Source: an uncultured Gammaproteobacteria bacterium (lineage in GTDB: Bacteria; Patescibacteriota; Patescibacteriia; UBA9934). Taken from it: 64,000 bases of DNA. Location of the stretch: contig CAYPWV010000001.1 in NCBI GenBank assembly GCA_964414795.1, forward strand, positions 5,221-69,220, read 5' to 3'. Numbering within the stretch: position 1 is the stretch's first letter; each line of letters opens with the position of its first letter. A program made the translations under genes and the position numbers. This document shows positions 1 through 12,285 of this stretch, in pieces. The notes beneath the pieces are model-generated. The model saw only the letters and a program-made list of their open reading frames with translations. It was not told the DNA's origin and searched no databases.

Positions 1-1207
1 TCGGCGTAGTAGCAGAAAGCAATACATCAACTTGTTTTACCGCATCATCATATTGCGCGCACAGCACCTGACGAACCGCAAGCGCTTTTTTATAATACGC
101 ATCGCCATAACCGGCTGAAAGCACAAATGATCCGATCATGATGCGACGCTTTGTTTCTATACCAAATCCCTTGCTCCGCGCAGTGATATACGCTTCATCG
201 AGTGCGCCATCGCCTCGTTCTCCGTAGCGCATGCCGTCGTAGCGCGCCAAATTTGATGATGCTTCTGCAGGCTGAATGATGTAATACGCAGGAAGTGCGT
301 ACGGCGTTGTGGGAATAGAAACTTCCACGATTTCTGCGCCTGCATGTTTGAGAACGTCGATTGCTTCGGTAACACAAGCGCGCACTTCGATATCCATTCC
401 TTCGACGAAATATTCCTTGGGAATGCCGATGCGGAGAGGGGGGATTTGGGGGGTGGGGTGTAGGGTGTGGGGGGTCGGGGGGGCCTCTGTCGTGGAATCG
501 TGCGTATCTTTTCCCGAAATAACTGACAAACACAACGCTACATCTTCAACCGTCGTGCCAAACGCACCCACCTGATCGAAACTTGATGCAAGTGCAGTAA
601 CGCCAAAACGCGAAACAGATCCGTACGTTGGCTTCATTCCCACAATGCCGCACATTGCTGCAGGCTGACGGATACTTCCTCCGGTGTCAGAGCCAAGGGC
701 AAGGGGCACAAATCCTGCCGCAACGGCAACCGCCGATCCACCACTTGAACCTCCGGGAATTTTTGTAACATCCCAGGGATTTTTTGTTTTTGTAAATGCC
801 GATGTTTCCGTAGAAGATCCCATCGCAAACTCGTCCATGTTCGTGCGACCGATGATGATTGCGCCATCGCGTTCAAGTCGTGCAACGACCGTTGATGTGT
901 ATGGCGCGCAATAGGTTTCGAGGATGTGCGAACCGGAACTAGAAATTTCTCCCGCATAGAGCATGTTGTCTTTGATGGCAACAGGAACTCCGCACAACGG
1001 GAGTGCTTCTTTTTCTTTTTGAGAAAGTGTGTCGATACGCTGAGCATTTGCACGAACACGATTTGCAAAGACTTCAAGAAAGGCGCCATATTCCCCATCG
1101 CGTTCTGCAATGTCGGCGAGCACCGCATCAACGATTTCTCGTGCAGATACTTTTTTTGTGAGGATACGATTGCGAATCTCAATTGCGGTTCCAGAATGCA
1201 AAGACAT
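1..1207 (-). CDS. gatA: Glu-tRNA(Gln) amidotransferase subunit A, truncated by the window start
   Basis: Hand translation from ATG at 1207 (MSLHSGTAIEIRNRIL...). Contains NMDEFAMGSSTE, GGSSGGSA, GSDTGGSIRQPA and LRIGIPKEYF. Lies directly downstream of gatC. Absent from the ORF track because it has no stop in the window. Confidence 0.95.
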   Translation of the reverse strand, partial: MSLHSGTAIEIRNRILTKKVSAREIVDAVLADIAERDGEYGAFLEVFANRVRANAQRIDTLSQKEKEALPLCGVPVAIKDNMLYAGEISSSGSHILETYCAPYTSTVVARLERDGAIIIGRTNMDEFAMGSSTETSAFTKTKNPWDVTKIPGGSSGGSAVAVAAGFVPLALGSDTGGSIRQPAAMCGIVGMKPTYGSVSRFGVTALASSFDQVGAFGTTVEDVALCLSVISGKDTHDSTTEAPPTPHTLHPTPQIPPLRIGIPKEYFVEGMDIEVRACVTEAIDVLKHAGAEIVEVSIPTTPYALPAYYIIQPAEASSNLARYDGMRYGERGDGALDEAYITARSKGFGIETKRRIMIGSFVLSAGYGDAYYKKALAVRQVLCAQYDDAVKQVDVLLSATTP

Positions 1208-1210
1208 ACG

Positions 1211-1522
1211 CTATTCTTGTTCAACAAACTTTTTCTTTGTGCGTGCACCTACTGAAGGAACTTGCAGTGCGCCTGCTTTCTTTTGCGGAAAAAGTGCAAG
1301 CGCAGCATCGCGAACAGTTGCATCTTCTTGCGCAACGTCATCACGCATCACGTTTACCAAGTCCGAAATATACGCGGCTGGATTTACGCCGTCGGTATTT
1401 ACCTCTTGCAGCTTTGCAACATACGCCAAGATAGAAGGAAGCTGTGCGCTCAGCGCCGCATGTTCTTCGGGTGTTAAACGAATTTTGGCGAGTTGTTCGA
1501 GTTTTGTGATGTCTATAAACAT
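1211..1522 (-). CDS. gatC: Glu-tRNA(Gln) amidotransferase subunit C
   Basis: LAKIRL...ILAYVAKLQEVNTDGVNP...MRDD...VP pattern; adjacent to gatA. Confidence 0.9.
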   Translation of the reverse strand: MFIDITKLEQLAKIRLTPEEHAALSAQLPSILAYVAKLQEVNTDGVNPAAYISDLVNVMRDDVAQEDATVRDAALALFPQKKAGALQVPSVGARTKKKFVEQE

Positions 1523-1558
1523 AGTGGGTGTAGGGGGTTGGGTGTAGGGGGTTGCGAG

Positions 1559-1675
1559 GTGTCATCCTGAGGGAGATTCCAAGCCGACCGAAGGATCTCT
1601 GGATGAAGTGGTACAGTGGTTTCTCAAAAAATAGGAAGATCCTTCGGTCGACGTAGCGCTCCCTCAGGATGACAC
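1559..1675. repeat. REP doublet (REPIN-like), GTCATCCTGAG family
   Basis: GTGTCATCCTGAGGGAG..CGACCGAAGGATCT and its inverted copy AGATCCTTCGGTCG..CTCCCTCAGGATGACAC. Related copies at about 4606-4643, 37972-38010, 38198-38227 and 62480-62565. Confidence 0.85.
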
Positions 1676-1704
1676 AAACGCGGACATGACTACTGTATTG
1701 TCAA

Positions 1705-4585
<2,881 letters not shown>

Positions 4586-4649
4586 ATAATAATAGGACTC
4601 TCGAAGGTCCTTCGGTCGACAAGAGTCTCCCTCAGGATGACACGGGTGC

Positions 4650-5165
4650 TTAATTCGTTTCTGGGGTCGTCGTATCTTCTGCAACCGTATACGCTGGACA
4701 CGTTCCTGCCACAAACCCATTTTCTGTTAAACAATTCAAACCTTTTTGCAATCCGAGCTGCGCGCTTGCAGATTCAAGTTCAAATTGCACACGAAATGAT
4801 TCGCTATCTGAGGTGTAGCAATATGCGTTCTCTTGATCTGCGCATCCTGAAAGCTTTTTTACGCCTTGTTGAGGTGTTTCGGGAACAAATTCAATGTATG
4901 GCTCTGTGTCTGAAGAACAGGGAGAAGAAAAACCATCAGCTCCTAAACATGCCGTGGTAACCTGACCAAGTGCGAGTGCGGTAGATGCTTCGGGATACAC
5001 GCCCTTTTCCATGTAAAAAAGATCAAGACCAATTTGCACCTCGCGCATGTGTGCAATACGCGTGACATCACGTAGTTGCGAACGTGCATGAAGCACAAGA
5101 AATCCGGAGATTACCCCCAAGATTGCAATAACCGTACCAATTGCGAATATTTCTGTTTTGTGCAT
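4650..5165 (-). CDS. Type IV pilin / GspG-like pseudopilin
   Basis: Hydrophobic N-terminal helix with Glu5, RD..R..(D/H)...I...L.L(F/Y)....G.YP motif, Cys-rich head; next to pilD. Confidence 0.7.
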   Translation of the reverse strand: MHKTEIFAIGTVIAILGVISGFLVLHARSQLRDVTRIAHMREVQIGLDLFYMEKGVYPEASTALALGQVTTACLGADGFSSPCSSDTEPYIEFVPETPQQGVKKLSGCADQENAYCYTSDSESFRVQFELESASAQLGLQKGLNCLTENGFVAGTCPAYTVAEDTTTPETN

Positions 5166-5195
5166 AAAAGGTTAATGAACGATAAACCATGAACT

Positions 5196-5567
5196 TTAAA
5201 GCTCTCTTCCCGCTCTGCGAACAATGTCTTGGGGAGTTTGATGACCGCGCAGTGCTACCGTTGCCGCCCCGGCATTCAGCAGCTCTTCGGCTTCTCCGGG
5301 GTGCAGAACCGATACCTCTACAATAACACGAGTTTGGGTAAGCGTAGGAAGGGTTTTCCAGCGCCGCAAGAGAAAGAGCATTTCGTCCTTCTGCTGCATC
5401 TGCGCAACAATCACATGCGGGCGAAATTGTACTGCCCTGCGTTCCGCATCTTCGGCACGCGATGACTCTTCCGCTTCCCATCCTTCTTTTTCAAATTGCC
5501 GCACAAGAACACTTCTGTAGCGTGCATCCGTGCATAAAATAATCACGCGAGGTTCTCGAGACTTCAT
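5196..5567 (-). CDS. Degenerate single-domain response-regulator receiver
   Basis: Receiver-like alternating pattern (RVIIL, EGWE, RPHVIV, NAGA). Start MKSREP overlaps the pilM stop. Confidence 0.6.
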   Translation of the reverse strand: MKSREPRVIILCTDARYRSVLVRQFEKEGWEAEESSRAEDAERRAVQFRPHVIVAQMQQKDEMLFLLRRWKTLPTLTQTRVIVEVSVLHPGEAEELLNAGAATVALRGHQTPQDIVRRAGREL

Positions 5568-6682
5568 ACAATCCCTTTTTCTGTAATGCGAAGTGCAAGA
5601 CCTGCCGCAACACACAAACGAGGCCCTACTTCTTCTAAAATCTCTCGCGCTTCAGGTGCGGTAGCGATGCGTGCCCATGGATCTCCGATATACACATTTA
5701 CGTTGAGCGCCGCAGTAACGTACGCATCAATGCCCGGAAGATGCGCGGAACCGCCCGTGATAAAAATCTTTTCCACGGTTTTGTGATCGTGAAAGGCTTG
5801 ATCTGCATACATCTGCAGTGCGTAGCGCATTTCGTGCACCATGGGTTGAAGTGCTTCTTGCAAGGGCTTAGGGAGTTCTTGCACGCCGTAGCCTAAATCT
5901 CGCTTTGCAACTTCTGCATCAGCCTCAGAAATACCCATGTTCTTTGCAAGTGCTCGGGTGATTTCCTCTCCCCCTCCCTTAATACCTCTCGTAAGAAACG
6001 GGATTCCTTCATCGGCAATAATCACATTTGAACGCTTTCCGCCCATATCTACAATCATAATCTGGGCATTCTCTTCGGAAACTAATGCACGCACCAGCGA
6101 CATCACTTCGGTTTCTAAAGAAACCAACTCAATTCCTGCCTTAGTAAAAACATCGAGATATTTTTGAATGAGTTTTTTAGGAGCTCCCGTAAGAAAAATA
6201 CGAATAAAACGCTCCTTGCCTTCACTTGCGGCTGCACCTTCATTTTTTCCGGCATTCTTTAATGCCTCTTTATCTAAAACTACGGAATCAAGCACCATTT
6301 CTTCAAGAGGCAGGGAAAATACTTTTTTTGCTTGCGCCTCAATTGCCGGACGTAGATCTTCAAGAGGAGAAGACGGGATAGGGATACTGATAATGGTATG
6401 AAAAACTTCGGATGCCGGAAGCGCCGCAATGGCTTTTTTTGCACGAACTCCTGCATCTTTGCAGATACTTTTTATCATATTCGCAATCTTGTCTGGCTCA
6501 AGAAGCAGCGAAAGATCGTTTTGGATGCTGGTTATTTCGGCGTAACCATACGTTGTAAGTCGAGGCTTTTCTTTTTCGAGTGTAAGCTCTACTACTTTTA
6601 CCCCCACGGTTCCAATATCTATTCCTAAAAGACCGTTAAAAACGGGCTCTGTTCCTTTTTTTGATCCTCCAAACAAGGCCAT
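5564..6682 (-). CDS. pilM: Type IV pilus assembly protein PilM
   Basis: LGIDIG..VKVVEL, VDMG, ITGGSA..G actin-like motifs; ends AAGLALR. Confidence 0.92.
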   Translation of the reverse strand: MALFGGSKKGTEPVFNGLLGIDIGTVGVKVVELTLEKEKPRLTTYGYAEITSIQNDLSLLLEPDKIANMIKSICKDAGVRAKKAIAALPASEVFHTIISIPIPSSPLEDLRPAIEAQAKKVFSLPLEEMVLDSVVLDKEALKNAGKNEGAAASEGKERFIRIFLTGAPKKLIQKYLDVFTKAGIELVSLETEVMSLVRALVSEENAQIMIVDMGGKRSNVIIADEGIPFLTRGIKGGGEEITRALAKNMGISEADAEVAKRDLGYGVQELPKPLQEALQPMVHEMRYALQMYADQAFHDHKTVEKIFITGGSAHLPGIDAYVTAALNVNVYIGDPWARIATAPEAREILEEVGPRLCVAAGLALRITEKGIV

Positions 6683-6704
6683 ATGGGGGAAGTATAGCAC
6701 TTCC

Positions 6705-7313
6705 CTACTTCCTTCTATACGCAGTTGCGAGGGCATCGGCGTATTCGTTCCAGCGATTGCCTGCGTGCGCCTTGATCCACTGGAGCGTTATTTCGGGGCG
6801 ATCTTCAAGCAGTGCATGTAACTCTTGCACAAGTTCTAAGTTTTTAATCTCTCCTTTTGATCCTTTTGCTCGTCTCCAGCCCAGCAATTTCCATTTATGA
6901 ATCCAGGTATTGAACGTATTTACACATAATTCACTGTCGGTATACACGACTGTTGTAACGCCACGCGGAACCAATCGACATGCCGCAAGAAGCCCCGTAA
7001 GTTCCATTCGATTATTTGTGGTGTGCGGTTCGTGTCCGCATTCTTCTGCAATAATTTCGTTATCAACCACATACACCGCTCCCCAACCTCCGGGTCCTGG
7101 ATTTGGGTCTGCAGATCCATCAGTAAACACGCCGGACATCGGACCAGCGATATATTTTTCTAGCACCTCAGCTTTTGAAAAATTCTTTTCTCGTGCAGAA
7201 GAAAATTTCTTACAATTCATGCACGTGCTTGGATTCCATCCAGGAAACTTTGCAAGCGTTGCCGCAGGAAAAGAAAACGCTTTATTGCACACTTTGCAGA
7301 GAAATGAGGACAT
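6705..7313 (-). CDS. rnhA: Ribonuclease HI with N-terminal CxxC..CxxC zinc ribbon
   Basis: TDGS..NPGPGGWG, TTNNRMEL, YTDS, WIKAHAG..NE.AD.LA motifs. Confidence 0.93.
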   Translation of the reverse strand: MSSFLCKVCNKAFSFPAATLAKFPGWNPSTCMNCKKFSSAREKNFSKAEVLEKYIAGPMSGVFTDGSADPNPGPGGWGAVYVVDNEIIAEECGHEPHTTNNRMELTGLLAACRLVPRGVTTVVYTDSELCVNTFNTWIHKWKLLGWRRAKGSKGEIKNLELVQELHALLEDRPEITLQWIKAHAGNRWNEYADALATAYRRK

Positions 7314-7435
7314 AAAACTATTTTACAAAACTAGTTCGAAACTGTGACAGTTTGTCACGGTTTTATTTTTCATAATATGGTGTAAAAACACCTTTACATA
7401 CCGATTATTACCGCAAAAATTTTCATGATCCCAAT

Positions 7436-8419
7436 TTATTTCTTTTCAAGATCTTCATATATCTTTTTTGCTATGTGATAAGCAAAATTAACCGGCACGG
7501 CATTGCCAATCATTTTATAACCGTCAGCTACATCACGATATTTGAAAATAAAATCATCAGGAAATGTTTGTATTCTTGCACACTCTCTCACGGACAGACG
7601 GCGATACAAATCCTCTTTACCTGGAACGAAAATCCTTTCATTTTGAGAAATAAATTTCATTTTTGGGGCTTGTGGATGCAATGGGGCATGGCGACCTCCT
7701 GCCTGAATAGTAAATGAAGGCTCGTCCCATGAGCGTACACGATTTCTCGACATATATATTGTCGAAAATCCTCCTGTCATATACTCATGATTTGGAATTT
7801 TCAAACTGTCGCCATGGGTTTTGTTTTTTTCTAAAGCAGGTTCTGCTGAGCCTAAGTTATAAATTGCATCTTTCAAAACTGGCTTATATTTTTGTGGCTG
7901 AGGAAATTCAAACTTCTTTTTTAAGTCTTTTCTATAGCCAACGATAATAACACGCAAACGATCCTCTGGAACATCAAAATCATTTGCATTTAAAAGTTGG
8001 TATGAAATTGCATACCCAGCATTCTCGAATTCTTTTAAAATTGCATTAAATGCATCTGCGTGTTTTGGGTGCAAAATACCAGACACATTTTCTGCAAGGA
8101 AAAATTTTGGCTGCTTATCTTTTAAGATGCGAATATAGTCATAAAATAACTTACCTCTTTGGTCATCTATTCCCCTCCCCGCACCTGCCTCACTCCAACT
8201 TTGACATGGTGGTCCACCAACTATTCCATCGATAATTGGAACATCTTCACTTTTAACATCCGTAATACTTCGAGTATCTAGCGTTGTATTAGGAAAGTTT
8301 AATTTGAACGTATCCCAAATCGACGAATCATATTCATTTGCCCAAGCAATGTGAAAACCAGCTTTTTCAAAGCCCTTATCCAGCCCTCCTGCACCTGAAA
8401 AAAAAGAAGCTATTTTCAT
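7436..8419 (-). CDS. C5 cytosine DNA methyltransferase, M.HaeIII-like (probably GGCC)
   Basis: FSGAGG, GPPCQ, ENV and GNAV motifs. Target-recognition region (STIYMSRNRVR..EPSFTIQA..LHPQAP) closely resembles M.HaeIII as I recall it. Confidence 0.93.
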   Translation of the reverse strand: MKIASFFSGAGGLDKGFEKAGFHIAWANEYDSSIWDTFKLNFPNTTLDTRSITDVKSEDVPIIDGIVGGPPCQSWSEAGAGRGIDDQRGKLFYDYIRILKDKQPKFFLAENVSGILHPKHADAFNAILKEFENAGYAISYQLLNANDFDVPEDRLRVIIVGYRKDLKKKFEFPQPQKYKPVLKDAIYNLGSAEPALEKNKTHGDSLKIPNHEYMTGGFSTIYMSRNRVRSWDEPSFTIQAGGRHAPLHPQAPKMKFISQNERIFVPGKEDLYRRLSVRECARIQTFPDDFIFKYRDVADGYKMIGNAVPVNFAYHIAKKIYEDLEKK

Positions 8420-8423
8420 AAAA

Positions 8424-9404
8424 TTAATCTTGACTAAGATTAAGAATATTTTTAAATAGTTTTTTAGGCGACTTTAAAAGATTGATATCAAACTTTAAAG
8501 AAGATTCAACCCGAGAACTTGCATTATGAATTCTAAAAGAAAGAGTCCAATCATTGTCCATTGTTACTATCACCGTGGTATCACTACCAGTTTTAAAATC
8601 AATATCAATAATCTCTGTCGGCAATGGAACTTTTGGAGTTTTATATTTAGGTTGAACATCCTTGAAAGGTAAATTCAAAGAACCATTTATATTATATGCA
8701 TGGATTTCCACTTTATTCTTACCCTTAACAACTTTATAAAAATCCCTATTTCCCACAAGATAAGCGACAAGATTTGATGCAACTTTAGTAGGATTTTCTT
8801 CTTGAAGACTTCTAAGTTCTTCGATAAATGCTTTTAAAATTGGAATGTAAATATCTGCATGATAGTCACCAATCTCGCTCCACTTTTTTGTAGCATTACT
8901 TTCTTTTCTGATCTTTTCTAAATTATTAAAAATCGGTATTACTTTATCAAAATAATTTTCAGAAACTTTAATACCAAACCATTTTTCGCCGAAATTAATG
9001 TTTGAAGAAAGTCTTGAGTGCTTTACTGCGTGATGATTATTTTTTGCGGATATACCTATTTCCCATTTCTGCAAAAGACGTATGACTAAAACATCACGCA
9101 CATCTCCAGATTTTCCTTTATCGTCAGATAAAATTTCAAGTTGAAGAATATCATCTTCACTGATATCGTTTGAAAGCCTTGGCTCAATATCCATTAAAAA
9201 ATTAACAGCAAAACTTGCAGAAAGAGAATATCCGCTTCGTTCTAAGTCTGACACACTGTCAAAACATTCTTTTGCAATCTGAAAAGAAGAATTTTTAATA
9301 ACCCGTACATTTGTTTTATTTTTAAGTTTTTCCTCGAATTGAACGAGTAGGGAGTATTCAAAGGATTTTCCGGTTATCATTTGTTTTGATTTTTTTGATG
9401 CCAT
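8424..9404 (-). CDS. HaeIII-family type II restriction endonuclease
   Basis: GKSFEY, GDVRDVL, EIGISAKNNH.AVKHSRLS, SFRIHNASS..E.SLKFD motifs; paired with the methylase; AT-rich. Confidence 0.88.
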   Translation of the reverse strand: MASKKSKQMITGKSFEYSLLVQFEEKLKNKTNVRVIKNSSFQIAKECFDSVSDLERSGYSLSASFAVNFLMDIEPRLSNDISEDDILQLEILSDDKGKSGDVRDVLVIRLLQKWEIGISAKNNHHAVKHSRLSSNINFGEKWFGIKVSENYFDKVIPIFNNLEKIRKESNATKKWSEIGDYHADIYIPILKAFIEELRSLQEENPTKVASNLVAYLVGNRDFYKVVKGKNKVEIHAYNINGSLNLPFKDVQPKYKTPKVPLPTEIIDIDFKTGSDTTVIVTMDNDWTLSFRIHNASSRVESSLKFDINLLKSPKKLFKNILNLSQD

Positions 9405-9416
9405 AAAGTTATTCTT

Positions 9417-11183
9417 CTATATTGTACCTCCTTTCTGTACATCCACTACGCGATACTGCAATGAACGCTTGCCGTTCCAGGTATTTACCTCAACTTCGTA
9501 GGCGATGTCGAGGTGATCGCCGGTACGAAGAACGGATGCGAGGTGACCAAAGCCAAACCCCACAAACGTTATTTGTTTACCGTTTAGTTCTCGCGTAACA
9601 AAACGAAGATGCGCACCCGTGGAACCCATGCGGACGGTTTCTTCAAGCATAAGATCGCGAGCTGCGAAAACGGGCGGGCGGTTTCCTTCGCCAAAAGGTG
9701 CGCATTGCATAAGAAGCGCATGAAGTTCCCAAGACACTTCAGAAGGTGCGTGCACCGCATCTACATGCAATACATCACACGGTCCATCTGCACCGTAATA
9801 GGCTTGCGCAAACGCATTTCCTCGTGCACGAAAAAGAGCAATCATGTCGGGATTATGTAAAGAAAGTCCACATGCTTGCGGATGACCTCCGCGCTTGATG
9901 TACAGCTCATCTCCGCACGCATTCATCAACTCAACAAGATGTAACCCGCCCAAACTTCTTCCCGAACCCACCACATGATCTCCCACATTGGTGAGCGCAA
10001 ACGCAGGCTTGCCAAAATCATTCTGCAAACGCCCCGCGATAAGACCAACGATGCCCGGAAGCCAATGCGGCGCATAGGCTACAAGCAACTGATCTTCCTT
10101 ATACTCTCGCTCTACTTGCTCAACCGCTTCTTTATACATTTGCTGAAACACTGACTGCCGATCACGATTCAATCGCTCGAGCACGTTTGCTTTTTCTACA
10201 GCTTCCTCAGGCGTTTTTGCGGATAATGTTTCAAACGCCGCCGAAGCAGACGCCATACGCCCCGCTGCATTCATCCGCGGTCCAATACGAAAACCAATTG
10301 CCGTCGTATCAATATCTGCAAACTCGGTTCCACTCATTTCTACAAGTGCGCGAAGTCCTGGACGACGCGTTTTTTGCAGCACGCGCAAACCGTAATATTC
10401 AAGCACGCGATTCTCTCCAATGAGTGGCATGACGTCGGTAACGGTTGCGATTGCCACCAAATCCAAAAACCATTTTTCATATCCTTGTGCGAATGCTGCT
10501 CCTCGTTTTTGCGCTTCGGTAATCAGTGCAGAGGCGAATTTGAAGGCAACTCCCGTGCCGCACAAGGTTTTGTTGGGATAGGTCTCTCCTGGAGCAGAAG
10601 GATGCAAAATAATGGCGTGCTCGGGAAAGTGCTGGCCCATTTGATGGTGATCGCACACGATGACTTGCATGCCGAGTTCGTGTGCTCGCCCAAGTTCAAC
10701 GCCATTTGCGATGCCACAATCAACCGTCACCAAAAGCTCTACGCCTTCCGACGCAAAACGCTCAATGGTATGCAACGCAACGCCGTAGCCATCTTTTTCT
10801 CGATCGGGGAGAAAGGTTACAACATTTGCCTGCCATCCCAACTTTTCTGCAATTTCTTGGAGCGCACCAAACAAGAGCGTTGTTCCGCTTACACCATCTG
10901 CATCATAATCGCCATGAATAACAATGCGTGCACCGCTTTCAAGCGCGTCCATCATCGTATCCACCGCCTCTTGCATACGCGTAAACGCAAACGGGCTGTG
11001 TGTTCCGCTTTCCCACGATGGCGTAAGAAATGATTCTTTCTGCTCCGGATCAATCCCGCGATTTACTAAAAGCTGTGCAAGGAGATCGTCCTGCACACGT
11101 TCAGCAACATGCCACTTTTTTGTTGAAAATGTCTTTTGTTTTTCTATAGAAAATAACCTTAGCAGATATTTCTTCTTCGCCAA
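9417..11183 (-). CDS. recJ: ssDNA exonuclease RecJ
   Basis: GDYDADG, VDCGI, DHH, PRMNAAGR, GGH..ACG, PFGEGN. Confidence 0.97.
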   Translation of the reverse strand: MAKKKYLLRLFSIEKQKTFSTKKWHVAERVQDDLLAQLLVNRGIDPEQKESFLTPSWESGTHSPFAFTRMQEAVDTMMDALESGARIVIHGDYDADGVSGTTLLFGALQEIAEKLGWQANVVTFLPDREKDGYGVALHTIERFASEGVELLVTVDCGIANGVELGRAHELGMQVIVCDHHQMGQHFPEHAIILHPSAPGETYPNKTLCGTGVAFKFASALITEAQKRGAAFAQGYEKWFLDLVAIATVTDVMPLIGENRVLEYYGLRVLQKTRRPGLRALVEMSGTEFADIDTTAIGFRIGPRMNAAGRMASASAAFETLSAKTPEEAVEKANVLERLNRDRQSVFQQMYKEAVEQVEREYKEDQLLVAYAPHWLPGIVGLIAGRLQNDFGKPAFALTNVGDHVVGSGRSLGGLHLVELMNACGDELYIKRGGHPQACGLSLHNPDMIALFRARGNAFAQAYYGADGPCDVLHVDAVHAPSEVSWELHALLMQCAPFGEGNRPPVFAARDLMLEETVRMGSTGAHLRFVTRELNGKQITFVGFGFGHLASVLRTGDHLDIAYEVEVNTWNGKRSLQYRVVDVQKGGTI

Positions 11184-11198
11184 GAAAGATATCCCGAA

Positions 11199-12278
11199 CT
11201 AAAGTATTTCAAGCGCATCATGCACAATGCGTTCATCGGCGTTTACGGGGAAGATACGACGAATGCGTTCGGCGTGTTCCTGACGATAAGCAGTTGATTG
11301 CACCATTTTGAGGATAGCCTGGAGAAGTACTTGAGGTGTCATTTGGTAGATTACTTCAGCAGCTTCTTGCGCCTGCAGTGCTTTGGCATTTTCTTCTTGT
11401 TGTGATCCCGGAATGGGAATGATAATGGATGGCTTACCAAGCGCTACAAGCTCGGAAATAGTCCCCATGCCCGCACGAGAAACCACCACATCAGCAACCG
11501 CGTACGCATCTGCCATACCTTCATGCAAAAATTCAAGTGCGATATACGGTTTTCCTTGCTCTTGAAATGTCTGTAACGCAGGGAGCATTTTTCCTCGACC
11601 GGTTAAATGAATAACATTCGCGCAGCGTAAAAGATCTTCTGCAATAATAAGCATCGTTTCATTGAGCGAGGATGCTCCTGTTCCGCCACCCATAACAAGC
11701 ACGGTGGGAAGATCGGCACGCAAAACGTAGCGATCGCGCGCACTTACCCGATCGCCCAGCGCCAACATGCTGCGCACCATCGTTCCCACTACGCTTGTTT
11801 TTTTTGCCGCATACGCTGCAGTACTTTCTGGCCACGTGACGCTTATACGTTTTGCAAAAGGCGCCATGATGCGATTTGCAAGCCCCGGGCGCACATCAAG
11901 TTCGTGAATCCATACCGGAATACGCATACACCACGCCACTAAAACAACAGGCAGAGAAACATACGCTCCCGCAGAAAAAACCATGTCGGGACGCATGTTT
12001 TTAAGTATTTTTGCGGCTTGCCACACACTCCACATCATGTGAAAAGGAATGAAGGGATACGTCCACTTGCGATAGCGATCCATACGAGGAGCAGAAAGCG
12101 AAAGAAAAGGAATTTTCGCACCCTCAACAAGCAGTCGTTCGGGACCTTTTGGCGTACCGATCCACGAACACCGCACATCCGGATCGCGCCTGCGCCACTG
12201 CGCCGCAACCGAAAGCAAGGGCGTTACCGGCCCAAGCGTTCCCCCGCCCGTGAAGAGAATGTGATGAGAAGAAGACAT
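11199..12278 (-). CDS. murG: Lipid II GlcNAc transferase MurG
   Basis: GGGTLG, HE...PGLANR, GGGTG, SRAG, Q..NA. Confidence 0.93.
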   Translation of the reverse strand: MSSSHHILFTGGGTLGPVTPLLSVAAQWRRRDPDVRCSWIGTPKGPERLLVEGAKIPFLSLSAPRMDRYRKWTYPFIPFHMMWSVWQAAKILKNMRPDMVFSAGAYVSLPVVLVAWCMRIPVWIHELDVRPGLANRIMAPFAKRISVTWPESTAAYAAKKTSVVGTMVRSMLALGDRVSARDRYVLRADLPTVLVMGGGTGASSLNETMLIIAEDLLRCANVIHLTGRGKMLPALQTFQEQGKPYIALEFLHEGMADAYAVADVVVSRAGMGTISELVALGKPSIIIPIPGSQQEENAKALQAQEAAEVIYQMTPQVLLQAILKMVQSTAYRQEHAERIRRIFPVNADERIVHDALEIL

Positions 12279-12285
12279 AGGTGAG

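Noticed and set aside
4586-4720. N-terminal extension of PilD in the ORF track
   Set aside because: It is read through a REP and the end of the upstream pilin gene; the true start is likely 4585.
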